Source: Eledone cirrhosa
Lineage: Eukaryota
Direction of reading: 5' to 3'
Length of the DNA stretch: 64,000 nucleotides
Assembly (NCBI GenBank): GCA_964016885.1
Contig: OZ024745.1
Coordinates: 116,498,001-116,562,000 of the forward strand
In this document: positions 1 through 14,228 of the stretch, one piece after another
Position numbering within the stretch: the first letter of the stretch is position 1
How the letters are laid out: each line of letters opens with the position of its first letter
Program-made: the position numbers and the translations under genes
The notes under the pieces: generated by a model
Told to the model about the DNA's origin: nothing
What the model saw: the letters and a program-made list of their open reading frames with translations, nothing else
Databases searched by the model: none

Positions 1-577
<577 letters not shown>

Positions 578-1242
578 CCAAATTGATAATTGCTTAATAT
601 TTGCTGAATTATATATTTGTTTAGCTCATAAATATTCCTGAATGATAACATTTTTTTCTCGTTGAAATGACTGAAATATAAGCCTGAACTATTGACGTTT
701 TTCACTAAAGTGTTTATTTCCGCTGTATCATATTAATATTATATGAAGTCATTGTAGCCTCCATCAATTCTGGATATTATGATGTCAACGAAATCCAGGG
801 ATTTCTAAATTTCTTGATGTCAACATTAGTTTACGCTAACAATAACCGTGATATATGCAGTATGCAGAGCTATCGTATGATTCAGTATCAATATTATTTC
901 CTTCCAATCGTGTGTTATGCAGCATTGACATTAAAATAGCTGCGTTGCTACATCATATGACAATTAAGGTTAACTTGAGGGGAAAACGTATCTACATCGA
1001 TTGTATCTATTAAAGATTAATAGTTCTACGCCGGTCATATAGAAAGATGTGTTGAGCTGTAAAGGTTAGCACTGTTATTATCGATAACGAAACATTTGTT
1101 TCAATAACTATAACATTATATAAATATATTATTCTGTTTACCGTCTTCACCTTTGTTCTTATAGATACAACGTTTCTTGGTGTTTTAATCTTTCGCCTTA
1201 TCTATGTGCCTGTCTTGTTCTAGTCAAAGACTTAATATAAAT

Positions 1243-1522
1243 CAGTCACGGGCAACCTGCGGCCCGCGAAGCTCTCTGAATAGCTCGCCTAAGTCACCTA
1301 ACCGAAATATTTCTGATTATTTTGCCCTGACGTTTCAGTCGTAATTTATCTTTCTATAATTTTTACGATCGAGGAAAAATAACGTGTACGAATTCTGAAG
1401 AAACAAATCAAAACAACCTGAGTTACCACCCTTTTTTATAAAGTGGGCACGAATGTAAATTAGCGCTTGCCACCCACCATATCTCATGCGGCCCGCTTCT
1501 CGAAAAAGGTTGCCCATGCCTA
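1243..1522. mobile_element. hAT (Charlie-like) MITE, 280 bp
   Basis: TIRs CAGTCACGGGCAACCT / AGGTTGCCCATGCCTA, subterminal TGCGGCCCGC at both ends, 8-bp TSD ATATAAAT/ATATAAAC. Confidence 0.85.
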
Positions 1523-1630
1523 ATATAAACTATGGATTATGATAGCCGTCATTCCGATGTCCAGGGTAACCATATTGTTGTATCAGCTATTAACGAACTT
1601 CCTTCTTGCTCGTTAAACATAAATATCATA

Positions 1631-1816
1631 TAATTGTTTCTACTTTAGGAACAAGGCCAGCAATTACCCAGAGTGCATTACTGGCACTTTATTTTATCGA
1701 CCCCGTAAGGATGAAAGGCAAAGTCAATCTCGGCGGGATTTGAACTCAGATCGTAAAGGGACGTAACTATGCTGTAAAGCATGGCGTCCGACCCTCTACC
1801 GATACTGCCAATCCAC
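1631..1816 (-). mobile_element. Young tRNA-derived SINE (family S1)
   Basis: A-box-like TGGCAGTATCGGTAG, B-box GAGTTCAAATCC, core TTTGCCTTTCATCCTTACGGGGTCGATAAAATAAAGT; closely matches about 14 other copies in the window. Confidence 0.93.
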
Positions 1817-2397
1817 TTCATCATATAATGATACTATACATTGAAAATGATTTGATTACTGCAAGTAACGAAAATCATAATTAGTGTTCTTCCAATATTT
1901 TATCATTTTTATTATTATCTATTTATCTATTTAGAATTTACACCAACTAAAGTAAAGTATTAGTTTAATAAATTGAGTCTTTTACAAGAGCTTACGTTTT
2001 ACCTTCGGACAGGAAATCGTCCTGTGGTTCTGCGAATTCTAAAATATAAAAAAAAAAACACCTATCTATTGTGATTTGTATATTTGACAATAATTAAAGA
2101 AGACATGAGAAAATTATTGTAACAAACTTAAATGAATGTAAAATAAAATACGCCGATATCTGAATCGATATGAGGAACATGGTTAAGGACAATCGAGGAT
2201 ACAAACATCATTATGTAGAATCTTGCAATCAAGGAATTATCAAACTAATATTTTGCCTCTAAATAACACCTTATTGACGGGTGCTATGCTAGTATATATA
2301 TATATATATATATATATCATATCATAAATAGACATATATGTGTTTGTGTGTATGCATATATACATAAAAAAATGTATGCATGTATTCACACATACAC

Positions 2398-2495
<98 letters not shown>

Positions 2496-2745
2496 AAAGA
2501 GAGGGACTTGTGTGTGTCTGTTTGTATGTATATACGCGTGCGCAGGAGTAAGATTTATCTGCAAACGTATCTATATAGGTTCAATATAACCGGAGTAATG
2601 GAATGGATTTAATCATAAAAACGTATTACACATTTCCAAGCTTACAAGTTATGAAATATGAAACAATATTTGAAATAAAAGATATGACCAAAGATTTGTA
2701 ATCCAATATCATTGTGCCGCTTTTATTAGACAGAATATCCTAGTA

Positions 2746-3190
2746 CTTATTATAGCGTAGTCTCTGTACTATTTATTAGAGCGTAGACTGTGTACAATTT
2801 ATTAGAGCGTAGACTGTGTACAATTTATTAGAGCGTAGACTGTGTGCTATTTATTAGACCGTATACTGTGTGCTATTTATTAGAGCGTAGACTGTGTGCT
2901 ATTTATTAGAGCGTAGACTGTGTGCTATTTATTAGAGCGTAGACTGTGTGCTATTTATTATAGCGTAGTCTGTGTACTATTTATTATAGCGTAGACTGTG
3001 TACTATTTATTAGAGCTTAGACTGTGTGCTATTTATTATAGCGTAGTCTGTGTGCTATTTATTAGAGCGTAGACTGTGTGCTATTTATTATAGCGTAGTC
3101 TGTGTACTATTTATTATAGCGTAGACTGTACTATTTATTAGAGCGTAGACTGTGCTATTTATTATAGCGTAGTCTGTGTGCTACTTATTA
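2746..3190. repeat. Minisatellite, 26-bp unit (some 24-bp), about 17 copies
   Basis: Tandem unit GCGTAGACTGTGTGCTATTTATTAGA with no spacers. Confidence 0.95.
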
Positions 3191-4289
3191 TTGAGGGAAG
3201 GGTGCTATATTAAACTGTGGAAGCCACGCAGTGAATACTCTATTCTTACTTATCGGCATCGTTGTAAGATGTTTTCTTTTTTATTTTCCTCTTACTGAAT
3301 AATTTCATATAGTTGATGGTCTCTGAACCCTTAGTATTTTGGAAAATAATGGTTAGAATTCTCACTGCAAGACAGCTACATGAGTAGTACTTTGAGAGTT
3401 TCATACAGCTTTTTCCGAATCTTTAATCATTTAAAAAGTGTTTGATATTGTGAATAGGAAACCATTTTGGAAGATACTCTAGAAACTCTGTTGACCAGTT
3501 GACTTTATATTCATAATTAAATCATTTTACAACTGAGAAACAGGTAAATAACAATGCGAATATAGTGGAACCCATTGCTGTGTAGATTCGTGTCAAATAG
3601 AGACATATTGCTCCAACACTCAGCTTTATTTTGCTCGTTCACTCCTGCACACTGTTGTACAGATATGCTCATCTTTGTAAGGACTGTCAAAGGACATATA
3701 TGAATCTATTGAGCTTACAAAAAGAGCGACGTTGAAAACAACTTATTTTTTATAATTGTCATAGAACATTTTCCTTTATAATAGTCACGAAATATCTTCC
3801 TCAGACACGTATGAATAATCTTCATTCATATACATAATATGTCGCCATTTTGAATATAGCTAAACATGGCATTACACCTGGAAATTTCTGCTCCATGATA
3901 CGATCCCATGTAAAATATTCTGTCGTAGATCAGTATGCACTTGTCAGTCATTCCTCTCAACAATTATGGTGCAACGATTAGTCTCTGCAGGAAAGCGTTT
4001 TGTAGTATTTGCTTTTATATATATACATTCTCTGTAATTTTAAGTGGAACATTGAACAGGGAGATTGAAAGGTATTGTGAAGTTGCTTACTTCGAAGTGT
4101 ATGTAGCTGTCAGTGTTACTGAAATGATCGTATTTGACGGCCTTATTGCCGTGGTATGTGGCTGTGTATTTACGCATATACTCGATTTGAATTGTAAATT
4201 AACTTTATATCTACTGAAGTTAGATTTATCTTTTAGCATTGTATTATTGTACTATTGTATTACTGTACATTGTATTATTTACTACAGAT

Positions 4290-4481
4290 GGCGATGTATT
4301 GGCAGTATCGGTAGAGGGTCGGACGCCATGCTTTGACGCATAGAGTTAAGGCCCTTGCCATTCTGAAAACAAATCCCGCCGAGGTTAACTTTGCCTTTCA
4401 TCCTTACCGGGTCGATAAAATAAAGTACCAGTAATGCACTGGGTAATTGCTGGTCTTGTGCCAAAAGTAGCAACAATTATT
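4290..4481 (+). mobile_element. SINE S1 copy
   Basis: Full-length match to the S1 consensus. Confidence 0.92.
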
Positions 4482-6004
4482 TACTACACATGTGCCGTGT
4501 ATTTCTCATTTATCGAATATACTTTGCTGATATTACCACGTGTTAAATATTATTTTGATTCTTTTCACAAAATTTGGTTCCGTCTCATGGGAAATTCTGC
4601 GAATTATTTTACATCCATATCAGCCATACAAAGAATGTATGATTTCTTATTACCGCTGGGAAATAAAACAATGCATATAGTTCTTTGTTAATGTTTTATT
4701 GATGAATGAAGTCATTTTTAATCAATACTAAGCCACATGAAGTGATTATTTCAAGATCAACAAAACATTCTATATTGGAATCAATATTGTAATGACAATG
4801 TCTCTTGAATTTCGCAGTAATTTCAATAAATATCAAACATAGAGAAATATGTCATCAAATCCTATATTCCTTAATTGTATTCTAGATGAATATTTTATTT
4901 CAAGCTCATATATGCATTCACAATGAATTAAACTGTTACCAATATAATGTTTGTGATTTATTTCCCATGGGAACACAAGATCAATCAACTCTCAAAACAT
5001 TGATTTCTCAGTTATTATTCACATCAATTGGATTTATATTTTTAATATTGTTTTGTCTTTTTATTTAATATTTACATCTTTAATATCTCTGAATTTGAAT
5101 GAGAGTTTATTTTGATTCAATTACAGCAGCCTCCAATTTGATATCACACAGACTTATAAACATCTTGAGCTAGATTTCTGAAAATTCCAATATGACTTTA
5201 TATCACCTAAAATTGTAGGATGTACGGAGTAAAGTTTATGAGAAAATTCGAAATTGAAGCAAAAATAGTTTGTTTATATTGAATGTAACAAAAGGATATT
5301 CAATGTTTATATTAGTTTAAAATGACAGAATTGTCAATAAAAGGAAATTAGTGAAGTTTGCTTTTCTATTTCGATATTTTCACGAGATATATTATTTATT
5401 CATTCCAGTTTGTAAAATACAAATTACCATTTAAATATAGTGTACATTAATAACTTTGAACAAAACACCAACATTGAACTATCGGTATACAATACAAAAG
5501 AGAGAATATATGATTGTGTAGAATGGACCTATTTCGATATTTTGAATAAGGTATTGCCAGAATTATATTATGCAATATGTAGTCTACTCGTGCAATAAAC
5601 GCCTTTAATATATGCTATAAACGATACACCGAAGGAACAACCGTTGTAGAAGATGAGGGAGGATATCAGATATATTAATCATTTTCAGATTTGTTTATGC
5701 AAAGTCATGCAATTGCCGTGTTTATGGAGATTAAATAAATATTTATGTAGAGTAAAATGGCTGCGAATTGCAAGGAAAGCGAATCTTACTCTAGCTTCAT
5801 GCCAGATTACTTCTCATCATTACCGTTCTCCTAAATTTTCCGATTTAAATCCTATACGTATTTTTGATATTGGCAGAATGTTCTAGATGTACGAAAACAA
5901 GCAAAATAAATCGGGTTCGATTATTGATTTCTTGGGTTATAAACGAAGTAAACAGGTCATAGGCACGAGACAAATCAGTGTTGCGTTACAATTATATTTA
6001 GATT

Positions 6005-6400
6005 GTCATTCCTCAGCGTGAAGCATGTCAGCCGTCAACTGACACAAGTACCGGTCGCTCTCCAGCAGGTTTGCGATTGTGTCCTTGGCAGTGGAGACTT
6101 CTGGTGTCCTTGGCCCTAGGAATACCTCCGTACTCACCACCATAGACGCTGAGCTGGCCAGCCGCAGGTGTGAGCCTCGTGAGATGGAATGGTTCTTCCA
6201 GCGCATCTCTCTCACCGTACTCCGGAGAAACGCCTTCTCCATTCTGTCCGCCGCGACTGTAGGGAGGCCAGCATGTGGGACCCCATTTGCTCACCATACA
6301 GAGAGATGGTGCGGGCGAGAGAGATGGGGGCGATGACGGTGGGAGTTCGGCTCTTCCGTGTTTGGACACGTTGCACCTGTCAAGAGTGTATTTTCATATT
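6005..6400 (+). mobile_element. 3' fragment of CRE-like non-LTR retrotransposon (restriction-like endonuclease tail)
   Basis: Translation KYRSL...LAVETSGVLGP...EPREMEWFFQRISLTVLRRNAFSIL fits the RLE C-terminus pattern KY..L...P.AVET.G..G...QR.S.A..RGNA; second copy at 49085-49340. Confidence 0.75.
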
Positions 6401-6597
6401 TACACATCTTCTTGTTTATATCGATACATACATTGGCTGATGACGGAATGAATACGATTATAAGCTCATCGACAAACGCACAAACACACATATTCACACA
6501 CGCACACACGCATTCAGATATAAACTCACACACATTCAAATTGATACACACACACTCAAATACACAAACACACACATATACATATTTACATATGGAA

Positions 6598-6916
6598 TGG
6601 AAGGAACTCCATCTGTTACGACGACGAGTGTTCCAGTTGATCCGATCAACGGAATAGGCTGCTCGTGAAATTAACGTGCAGGCAGCTGAGCATTCCAAAC
6701 AAACGCGTACAAATTACGTAGTTCTCAGGGAGATTCAGTGTGACACAGAACTTGACAAGGCTGACTCTTCGGGTTACAAGTACAACTCATGTTTGCCAGC
6801 TGAGTGAACTGGAGCCTCGTGAAATAAAGTGTCTTGCTCAAGAACACAATGGAAATCGAGCTCGTGACCTAACGATCGTGAGCTGAATTCCCTAACCACA
6901 AAGCCTCGCGCCTTCA
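6598..6916 (-). mobile_element. tRNA-derived SINE, second family (S2, CORE-like)
   Basis: Minus strand starts GAAGGCGCGAGGCTTTGTGGTTAGG and contains CORE-like GTGTTCTTGAGCAAGACACTTT; related pieces at 38368-38490 and 54498-54620. Confidence 0.8.
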
Positions 6917-7005
6917 CATACATACGAACATTCATGCATATAAATATACATACATACGAACATACATACATAAATACATACATACGAACATACATACATA
7001 AATAC

Positions 7006-7410
7006 ATGGTGGCTGCCAACTCGTTTTCGAGTACGGCCACTACTTTATATCTATGTAGGAGAACCCCTACCGATGCGCTGAACGAGTGTGACCTTTTAGT
7101 CCAGCCAGCGACTTGAACACTCTGGTACAAACACTACACTTGTGACAATTATTGACACATAGTGCTGGGCCCATGGTACCATGTGACGACAAGTGCAGAG
7201 AGATCTCCAGATATAAACCAATGCCTGTGCCGTGAAGCTTTTATAGTGAGCAAAGGCACTGCACAAAGCCAGTCCCACTCTCTTAACCAAGATGATATTT
7301 ACCAAAAAGAAGAACAAGTCAACATCATTGGATACCATCAGGGTTGCAGGTCTTATATCAGAGTTTTCCTTCTCCTAGAATTCTGCCTTGTCAAAGGCTA
7401 AGGGGTCATC
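7006..7410 (-). mobile_element. Short internally deleted RTE-type element
   Basis: 5' part has the RTE-5'UTR-like motif CTAGGAGAAGGAAAACTCTGA; 3' part encodes a C2H2-like tail (CSVCTRVFKSLAGLKGHTRSAH), then an RTE-like 3' stem and a (TATG)n tail. Confidence 0.6.
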
Positions 7411-7561
7411 TAAATACATACATATATACATACGAACATACATACGAACATGATGGCTGCCCCCTCGTTATCGCGTATGGCCATTGCACGAGAGAATAAA
7501 AGCGTGAGTACATACGAACACACATACATACATACATGAGATTGCAGCATCTTCACATACG

Positions 7562-8897
7562 ATTGCCGTCTCATTGATTCTTCGTTATCATCCCATCTGT
7601 GTCAATGACTTCGTAGATGACTTTGTAGACCAGCTGTAGATCTACATGGTTTACGACACAGGTGACAGAAAAGAGTTGTACTTTCCACAGGACCGGTGGG
7701 GTCACCCCGTGGGCACAATCTTTATGTACCACCATGTGTCTTTTTAATCCGGAACTAGTTCTACACACATTGTTGCATATCACGCACGTTGTTGCGCCAG
7801 GTCTTTGTAGAGTTGTGTTGCAGGCGGTTTTCCTTTCATGTGACTTCAGGTGATTAACATAACTAGCCTTTGAGAAGAGTACACGTTGACAGAAATTGCA
7901 TGTCCAACTACTGATGACTTCATCAAGACTGTAAGCACAATCCTTCAGGAGCTGACGCTTCAGTAGGTAATGTTCTAGACCACATTGCTCAAACGTTTTG
8001 CAACAGCCCTTTATGCGCTTTCTACACTCAGCGCTATTTAAAGCTATCTCCTAGTTATCTATATCAAATGCCACCTCTTTGAGATTGCTCTTGATGCTGT
8101 CCCTGAACCTCATTTTCGGCGTGTGTTGAGGTCTTTTTCCAAGATGGAGCTCACCGTAAAACAATTGCTTCAAGATCCTGCTTTCTTTCATGCGGTCGAT
8201 AAGTCCTGTTCAGCGCATTTGAGAAGATGTTACTTGGGACTCAATGTTTGGACATTCTGCTTTGATAAGAACATGTATATCAGGAGTTCTGTCTTGCCAC
8301 TTAATGTTGAATATGCACCTTAAACATTTCTGCTGAAAATATTCAAGCAATTTAGTGTGTTTGCGGAATAGCGTCCAGGTTTCGGCGGAGTATAACAGAG
8401 CAGACAGAACAGATGATCTATACACTCACACCTTGGTATTGTTGGTAATGTTGCGATTTGACCAAACGCTCTTTTCCAATTTTCCGAAGGCATCAGAGCC
8501 TTCTGGGTGCGCAGATCTCTTTCTGCATCCAAGGAGCCATTATTTGAGAGTGTGTCACCCAAGTAGACAAATGTATCTACTATTCCCAGCCTGGTTCGAT
8601 CAACCATAATATTGAGTTCAGTATATGGTTCCCCGGGAGCAGGAGTAAACATTACTTTAGTCAGTTTAAGGCTGATTCTAAGCCCACGAGGATGAGAAAC
8701 TGTCCATAATCTTGCATGTCAGTTTCTGTGTGTGCTAGGAAGTCAGCGTCGTCGGCGCAAAGAAGGTCTCTGATCAAAGCTTGAACAGTTTTCGTTTTGA
8801 CATTTAACCTTCTTAAGTTGAAAACCTTTCCAGTTGTTCTAAACCGTATAGAATAACTCTGTCACAATCATGGAAAGCATGTGTAAGTACATACCTT
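7562..8897 (-). mobile_element. 5'-truncated, frameshifted RTE-clade LINE
   Basis: RT motif LLCADDADFLAH, SVLSALLYSAETWT, FQQKCLRCIFNIKWQD, C-terminal zinc finger CNNVCRTSSGLKRHMVVH. Confidence 0.9.
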
Positions 8898-8899
8898 AA

Positions 8900-9360
8900 T
8901 TACCTCTACCATGGTTTCGTCCGTATTTTAAGACATCCGATAAAAGGGAATGTCCAGAGCTTCGGACTCATCAGGAGCGAACTCAAAATTAGACATTTCA
9001 TTTTCCAAAGTGATCGCACCAAAAATAGATTCAAAAATGGCTAAGAATCGTGACGTGGCAGCGGTCAAGTTAGAAAGGATGTGATTAGTTACTTACGGTG
9101 GGTAGGCTTATTGCTAGAAAGCGCAGCCCAATATCGCCAAATTGTATCTCAACCTAACGGGAGATTATTAAATATAAAGGTTTACATATATATGAAGTCA
9201 TAGATATATATGTTTTGCAACCGGTCACGTTTTGGCTCAATGAAGAATTAATAAATTAAATAATCAGAGCAATATATCATAAATCATGTCTTTAGAATCA
9301 CTAGATATAATATATACCAAGGAAATGGTATATATTATATCTAGTGATTCTAAAGACATG

Positions 9361-9365
<5 letters not shown>
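8900..9365 (-). mobile_element. ORF-less hammerhead-bearing repeat, family A (PLE pLTR/retrozyme-like)
   Basis: Aligns by eye with 33770-34517 (blocks in permuted order) and more distantly with 60075-60420; contains a hammerhead fold. Confidence 0.7.
8904..8977 (-). ncRNA. Type-I hammerhead ribozyme fold with long stem II insertion
   Basis: CTC-CTGATGA-GTCCG...CGGAC-GAAA-CCATG-GTA-GAG: intact core, palindromic stem III ACCATGGT, GUA triplet; stem I only 3 bp. Confidence 0.75.
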
Positions 9366-9399
<34 letters not shown>

Positions 9400-9821
9400 T
9401 TTAATTAACGCACATTTTTTCCATCTCATTTACCATATAATTAATTATTAGTTAATTAATATATGAACAAATGATTGGATTCGTCAGAATTAATACAAAT
9501 ACAAGATACATTTTGTATGTAAGTTTACAACAAATGATATATATATATATATATATAAACGGAAAAAATAAAACGAAATTTCATTTCCCACTCTTAGTGC
9601 GGCTGTTACTTAAATATAAGTATGTACACGTACGTACATATATGTATACAGACGTACAGTAGTATGTATATATATATACATACATGCACACATATATACA
9701 TGTACGTATGGATTCACCGAACATTTATTATAATGCTCGGTGTTTTTGTAAACAAACATCTCGTATTAAGCCGTGGTGTCCAGCAACCATCGTTGCTCGT
9801 TTGTTCAACACTGACAAAGGA

Positions 9822-9864
9822 ACGCTGTACTAGTTTCAAGCTTATTATCTATCGTCAGCAACGT
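9822..9864 (-). ncRNA. Minimal hammerhead ribozyme fold
   Basis: ACGTTG-CTGACGA-tagataataagctt-GAAA-CTA-GTA-CAGCGT: 6-bp stem I, palindromic stem III ACTAGT, weak stem II. Confidence 0.6.
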
Positions 9865-9998
9865 ATACCTTCCTGCCAGATTGTTGAACGTATATACTTA
9901 CCTTATGCATATTAACGGCTGAGTAGCCCAATTTGCATATCGAGTGGGTTAATCGGCCGGGTGCACCGAAAACGATAAACGGAAAAAATTTCAAAAAA

Positions 9999-10100
9999 GT
10001 TCAAATTCCGCCGAGGTCAACTTTGCCTTTCATCCTTACGAGGTCGATAAAATAAAGTACCAGGTAATTGCTGGCCTTGTGCCAGAAATAGAAACAATTA
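9999..10100 (+). mobile_element. SINE S1, 3' half
   Basis: B-box through tail. Confidence 0.88.
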
Positions 10101-10186
10101 CTACTATTTGTATAAATATGGAACTTAACCATGTTATGCATATCCGCTGTTGACAATGCATATAATGCTGAAACCGGTACCATTAA

Positions 10187-10324
10187 GGGCGGTAGATTGG
10201 CTGTATCAGTGGAGGGTTGGACGCCATGCTTTGCAGCATAGAGTTACGGCCCTTTATAACCCGATTTCAAATCCCGCTGAGGTTAACTTTGCCTTTCATG
10301 CTTACGGGGTCGATAAAATAAAGT
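10187..10324 (+). mobile_element. SINE S1, 3'-truncated
   Basis: GGGCGGTAGATTGG head through core. Confidence 0.88.
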
Positions 10325-10379
10325 TTATTTCATAAAGGTTGACCTTAACGTACCAGAGTACCCGATACTTAGGCTAGTA

Positions 10380-11353
10380 GAGTGGGTAATATGAAGAGAG
10401 TCACCCTACTATAACACGGCTTTAGCTAACAGCGGCTTCTCACAACCTATCACTTACTCTCCCACTATCAACAACAGCAATAAGAAAAGAAAGCGCAACA
10501 ATACACAAATTATCTGGTTCTCTACTCCCTTCTCACTCAACGTTAACACCAATGTAGGCAAAACATTTCTAGCCCTCTTAGATAGACACTTCCCAGAGGT
10601 CATAAATAACGCTCCATGTTCAACCGACACAAAGCAGCCATAGGAGATACACCTAACCAGGGTGCTCTTACCGTAAGCCCGAAGCTTGCCCCCTTCAACA
10701 GCAATGCAACACACCAGCTGTAAGTTATGAAGCTGTGGTCACTTCCAACCGACCAAACCAACCACAGGAGGTCAAATCCTATGTGGGCATGGCGGAGGGC
10801 CGATTTAAGGAACGTTTCCTGAACCACCAGTCGACCTTTAGGTACCCGGACAGATGTTCATCCACGAAACTCGCGAGCCACGTATGGTTCCTCAAGGACT
10901 CAAGTATAGTCTATTCCATTCAATGAAAAGCCATCACTAAGTCCAAACCATACGCAAGGGGAAATCCAACGTGTGGACTATGTATTGACAAACGAATAAA
11001 TATTCTAAAGAGATTATGCAATAGTGATTGCCTAAACACGAGAAATGAATTGTTCACACGTTGTCCACACGTCCCGAAACACCTATTGCATAACTACAAA
11101 GCTCCGGATTGAATTTATTGTAACAACATCATAATTTTCTTATCAACTAAAAACTTTTCGGACTTTCGCAGTTATCTCCCTTACACCTCTGGCACGCATT
11201 TTAGTATTGCCTGTGTGAAGTGACCGGTTGCTGCGCTTACGCGTTCGTACGGTTGTCCTTCCTGTTCTGTATAACCATGCCCATTACGAGCTGAGGATCC
11301 GCTAAGCTGAAACAATTGTTCTCGGTATGGTGAACTAACTGTTGTGTAACCAC

Positions 11354-11358
<5 letters not shown>
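10380..11358 (+). mobile_element. Penelope-like element 3' part (GIY-YIG endonuclease + pLTR), degenerate
   Basis: IIWFSTPFSLNVNTNVGKTFLALLDRHFP, then YVGMAEGRFKERFLNHQSTF...STKLASHVW...CGLC...LNTRNELFTRCPH; stops and frameshifts present; hammerhead downstream. Confidence 0.88.
11281..11330 (+). ncRNA. Hammerhead ribozyme fold in the PLE pLTR
   Basis: CCATTACGAG-CTGAGGA-tccgctaagct-GAAA-CAATT-GTT-CTCGGTATGG: stem I 4+4 bp around an internal loop, palindromic stem III ACAATTGT, weak stem II. Confidence 0.7.
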
Positions 11359-11421
<63 letters not shown>

Positions 11422-11601
11422 ACATTTTTTTCCAATTCCATCCCGCCCGTCCTCTTATTCTATTTTATTTCTCCTTCTTTCTTCTGATAAGGACTAGCGT
11501 CCGAAGCATTAATACCCTCTTCGTGCTATATCAAGCGTTAACCTAATATATACCCTCCATATACTGTACCTATTCTGTTGTTGTTTCTGTTTACCTTTTA
11601 C

Positions 11602-11751
<150 letters not shown>

Positions 11752-14027
11752 AACGACACCAGACATTTTAAAAATGTAATTTCGCTGCCTGTGACTATTA
11801 AATTTCAGAACGAAAACGCATCAACCGAGTCTTCATGCAGGAATAATAGAAGTCATGAACACATTATTCATTAAACAAAGCGCAGATGGATGATGAGTAG
11901 AATATTGTATACAGCATATGTTGTAGAGATAAATATTTAATTTTATATTCACTATTGATGTAGTATGAAAATACATCGTCTGCTCAAATTGTTAAGATAT
12001 ATGAAATCTACTTCAATGTAGCCTCTCAATGTCATTCCAATTGAACTTGCAAACTATGTACAATAAAAACGGTACATTAAAAGTACCATCCAAAAACGTC
12101 TATAGACACTCATTGCATTAATATAGCACAAAAAATATCAACCAATCTAAAGTATAAAAATGTCATTTATAATATTTATGAGAGGGAAAAATTTAATAAA
12201 TAAATGAGAATGTCGAGAAATCTGCCAGGAGATCGAAACGATGTATTGAAAAATTATTTCCTTCTGCTTTTAAAGCATTGTGTGACCAGACAGTATACAT
12301 AATATAGTATTCTAATACTATGTTTTAGTTATACGTGTAAAAAGTGAAATATATATCCGAATCTCGATAGAATGTGACCTTGTGTATATTAGGGCCCATA
12401 TAATGTATTTCTTCTATTTTTTACTTTTGACATACTGAACATTTCCAATGAAATATATCATGTTTCTAATTTTATAATGAATAGCTACATTATATTGTTT
12501 CGTTTCTTTGATATTCCTCGGGAAATGGTCACCAAGTCATGCAATGATTAACGCAGATGTGTGTGGATGTCTAAGTGCTTAGATATAAACACTTAAACAA
12601 TGACTCGTATAGTTCGAGAGAGACGTGTCCGAATTAGTCTTTCTATGTCGTTCAAGTGAATAAAAGTAAAACAATGTCGAAGGATCATCCTTAGTACGCA
12701 GACCAGGAAAATAAATTCGTCTTATATTCATAATAATTCAATGGATCGTTAATGAATATGAATGACGTAATAGCTAACTGGCTAATATATTCTTAAGTCA
12801 AAGAATATAACTTGAGAAGGAATCAAGATGTGCATACATATCTGTGTACATAACTACATGTGTTTGTTCCTATGTGTGATTGTGTGAGTACATATCTACC
12901 TGTGTCTGTTGTATTTGTGCATGTGTGTGTACATATCTGCGTTCGCATTTGTGTATGTGTGTGTACATGTTTAACTCTGTGTGTTAGTATTTTTGTATGT
13001 GTGTCCTTGTGTGGTTTTGTTTACATCGGTTTGTATTTGCACATATTTATGTTTTCGTTTGTATGTGTATATATTAGTATGCAATTTATATATATTCCAA
13101 GCACAATCACCAATTGTAAACAAGGATTCATTTTTACAAAGAACGATGTCATCAGTTTCTAGTTGACTAAATTCAAAAGTTTCAATTAGTTTCAAAAGCT
13201 GGTTAGACATATTTGATGAATGTTAGGGATGTACGCATAGGATTTGAAAAAGTATTTATATTGGCTACGTTTCAAGACATTCATCCAACAAGAAAGACAT
13301 TGGTGTAAGTGGCCGTTTGTAGATTTATCAGATTATGTTGAAATGAAAAGCCATCGGCATATTTCGTTTTGCGAAACTATGTAATGTTTCTTTGATATGG
13401 ACACCTATATATATATTTGTAATGTACAATTATGTTAAGCTTCCTTAAATTCAGTTTTTAGTTAAAGTGTGCATCACAATATATTACTATTATATCTATT
13501 TGTATATCTTACATTGTTGTACCGATACTATAAGTTGTAAGATGTGTAGTGAATACATGCGCAATCGGTATAAATAACATACTGAGTTCAATCGACAGTT
13601 CTCCGTTTCGTAATTTTTTTAGATTTATGCCCAGCCATTAAACTTTTATTTTATGAATTGGAGTGGGTTGTTTTAATATTGACTTCTGTTAATGGCACAG
13701 CAAAAGGGGTCTAACAACGCTTCAGAAAATGATCGTGAGATATCATCCTTTAACATAATAACTAGATTGACTCCAAATAGCAGGTAAAACAGAATTCTAG
13801 CCGCAGCTCTGTTTGAATTAAATTTACACTTTACGAGACTTGCTACATATTATGAGAACTTAGCAGAGATAATTCATATATTTTCCAATTTTTATTTTCT
13901 ATTCCATAAATCAGATTTCCATGTTTTTTTTTTTTTTCTCGTTTCTAATTAGTGGATCTTTGAATAATAGATGAATGGAGAAATATGACATTACTAGAAA
14001 GGTTATATAATGTGATAAGTAATGACT

Positions 14028-14228
14028 ATATATATAATTACAACAGTGACATAAACAGGTACTCAAGTTTCGTTGGGTTCTGGGTCCCAACTCATTCAGC
14101 CTGTAATGAGAAAAATAAAAACAAAGATCTTTTGTTTTTATTTTTCTCGTGACTGGCTGAATGAGTTGGTGCCCAAAACCCAACGGAACTTGAGTACCTA
14201 TTTATGCCACTGTTGTAATTATATATAT
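14028..14228. mobile_element. Palindromic MITE-like element, about 200 bp
   Basis: Two diverged arms of about 100 bp centred on AGATCT (about 14125-14130), TA-flanked. Confidence 0.75.

Noticed and set aside
2746-3190. CRISPR-like periodicity (also 32038-32838)
   Set aside because: Units are directly adjacent with no unique spacers, no cas genes, eukaryotic context.
10921-10926. In-frame TGA in the PLE endonuclease as possible selenocysteine
   Set aside because: It falls where Trp is expected (TGG to TGA), and the copy has other stops and deletions.
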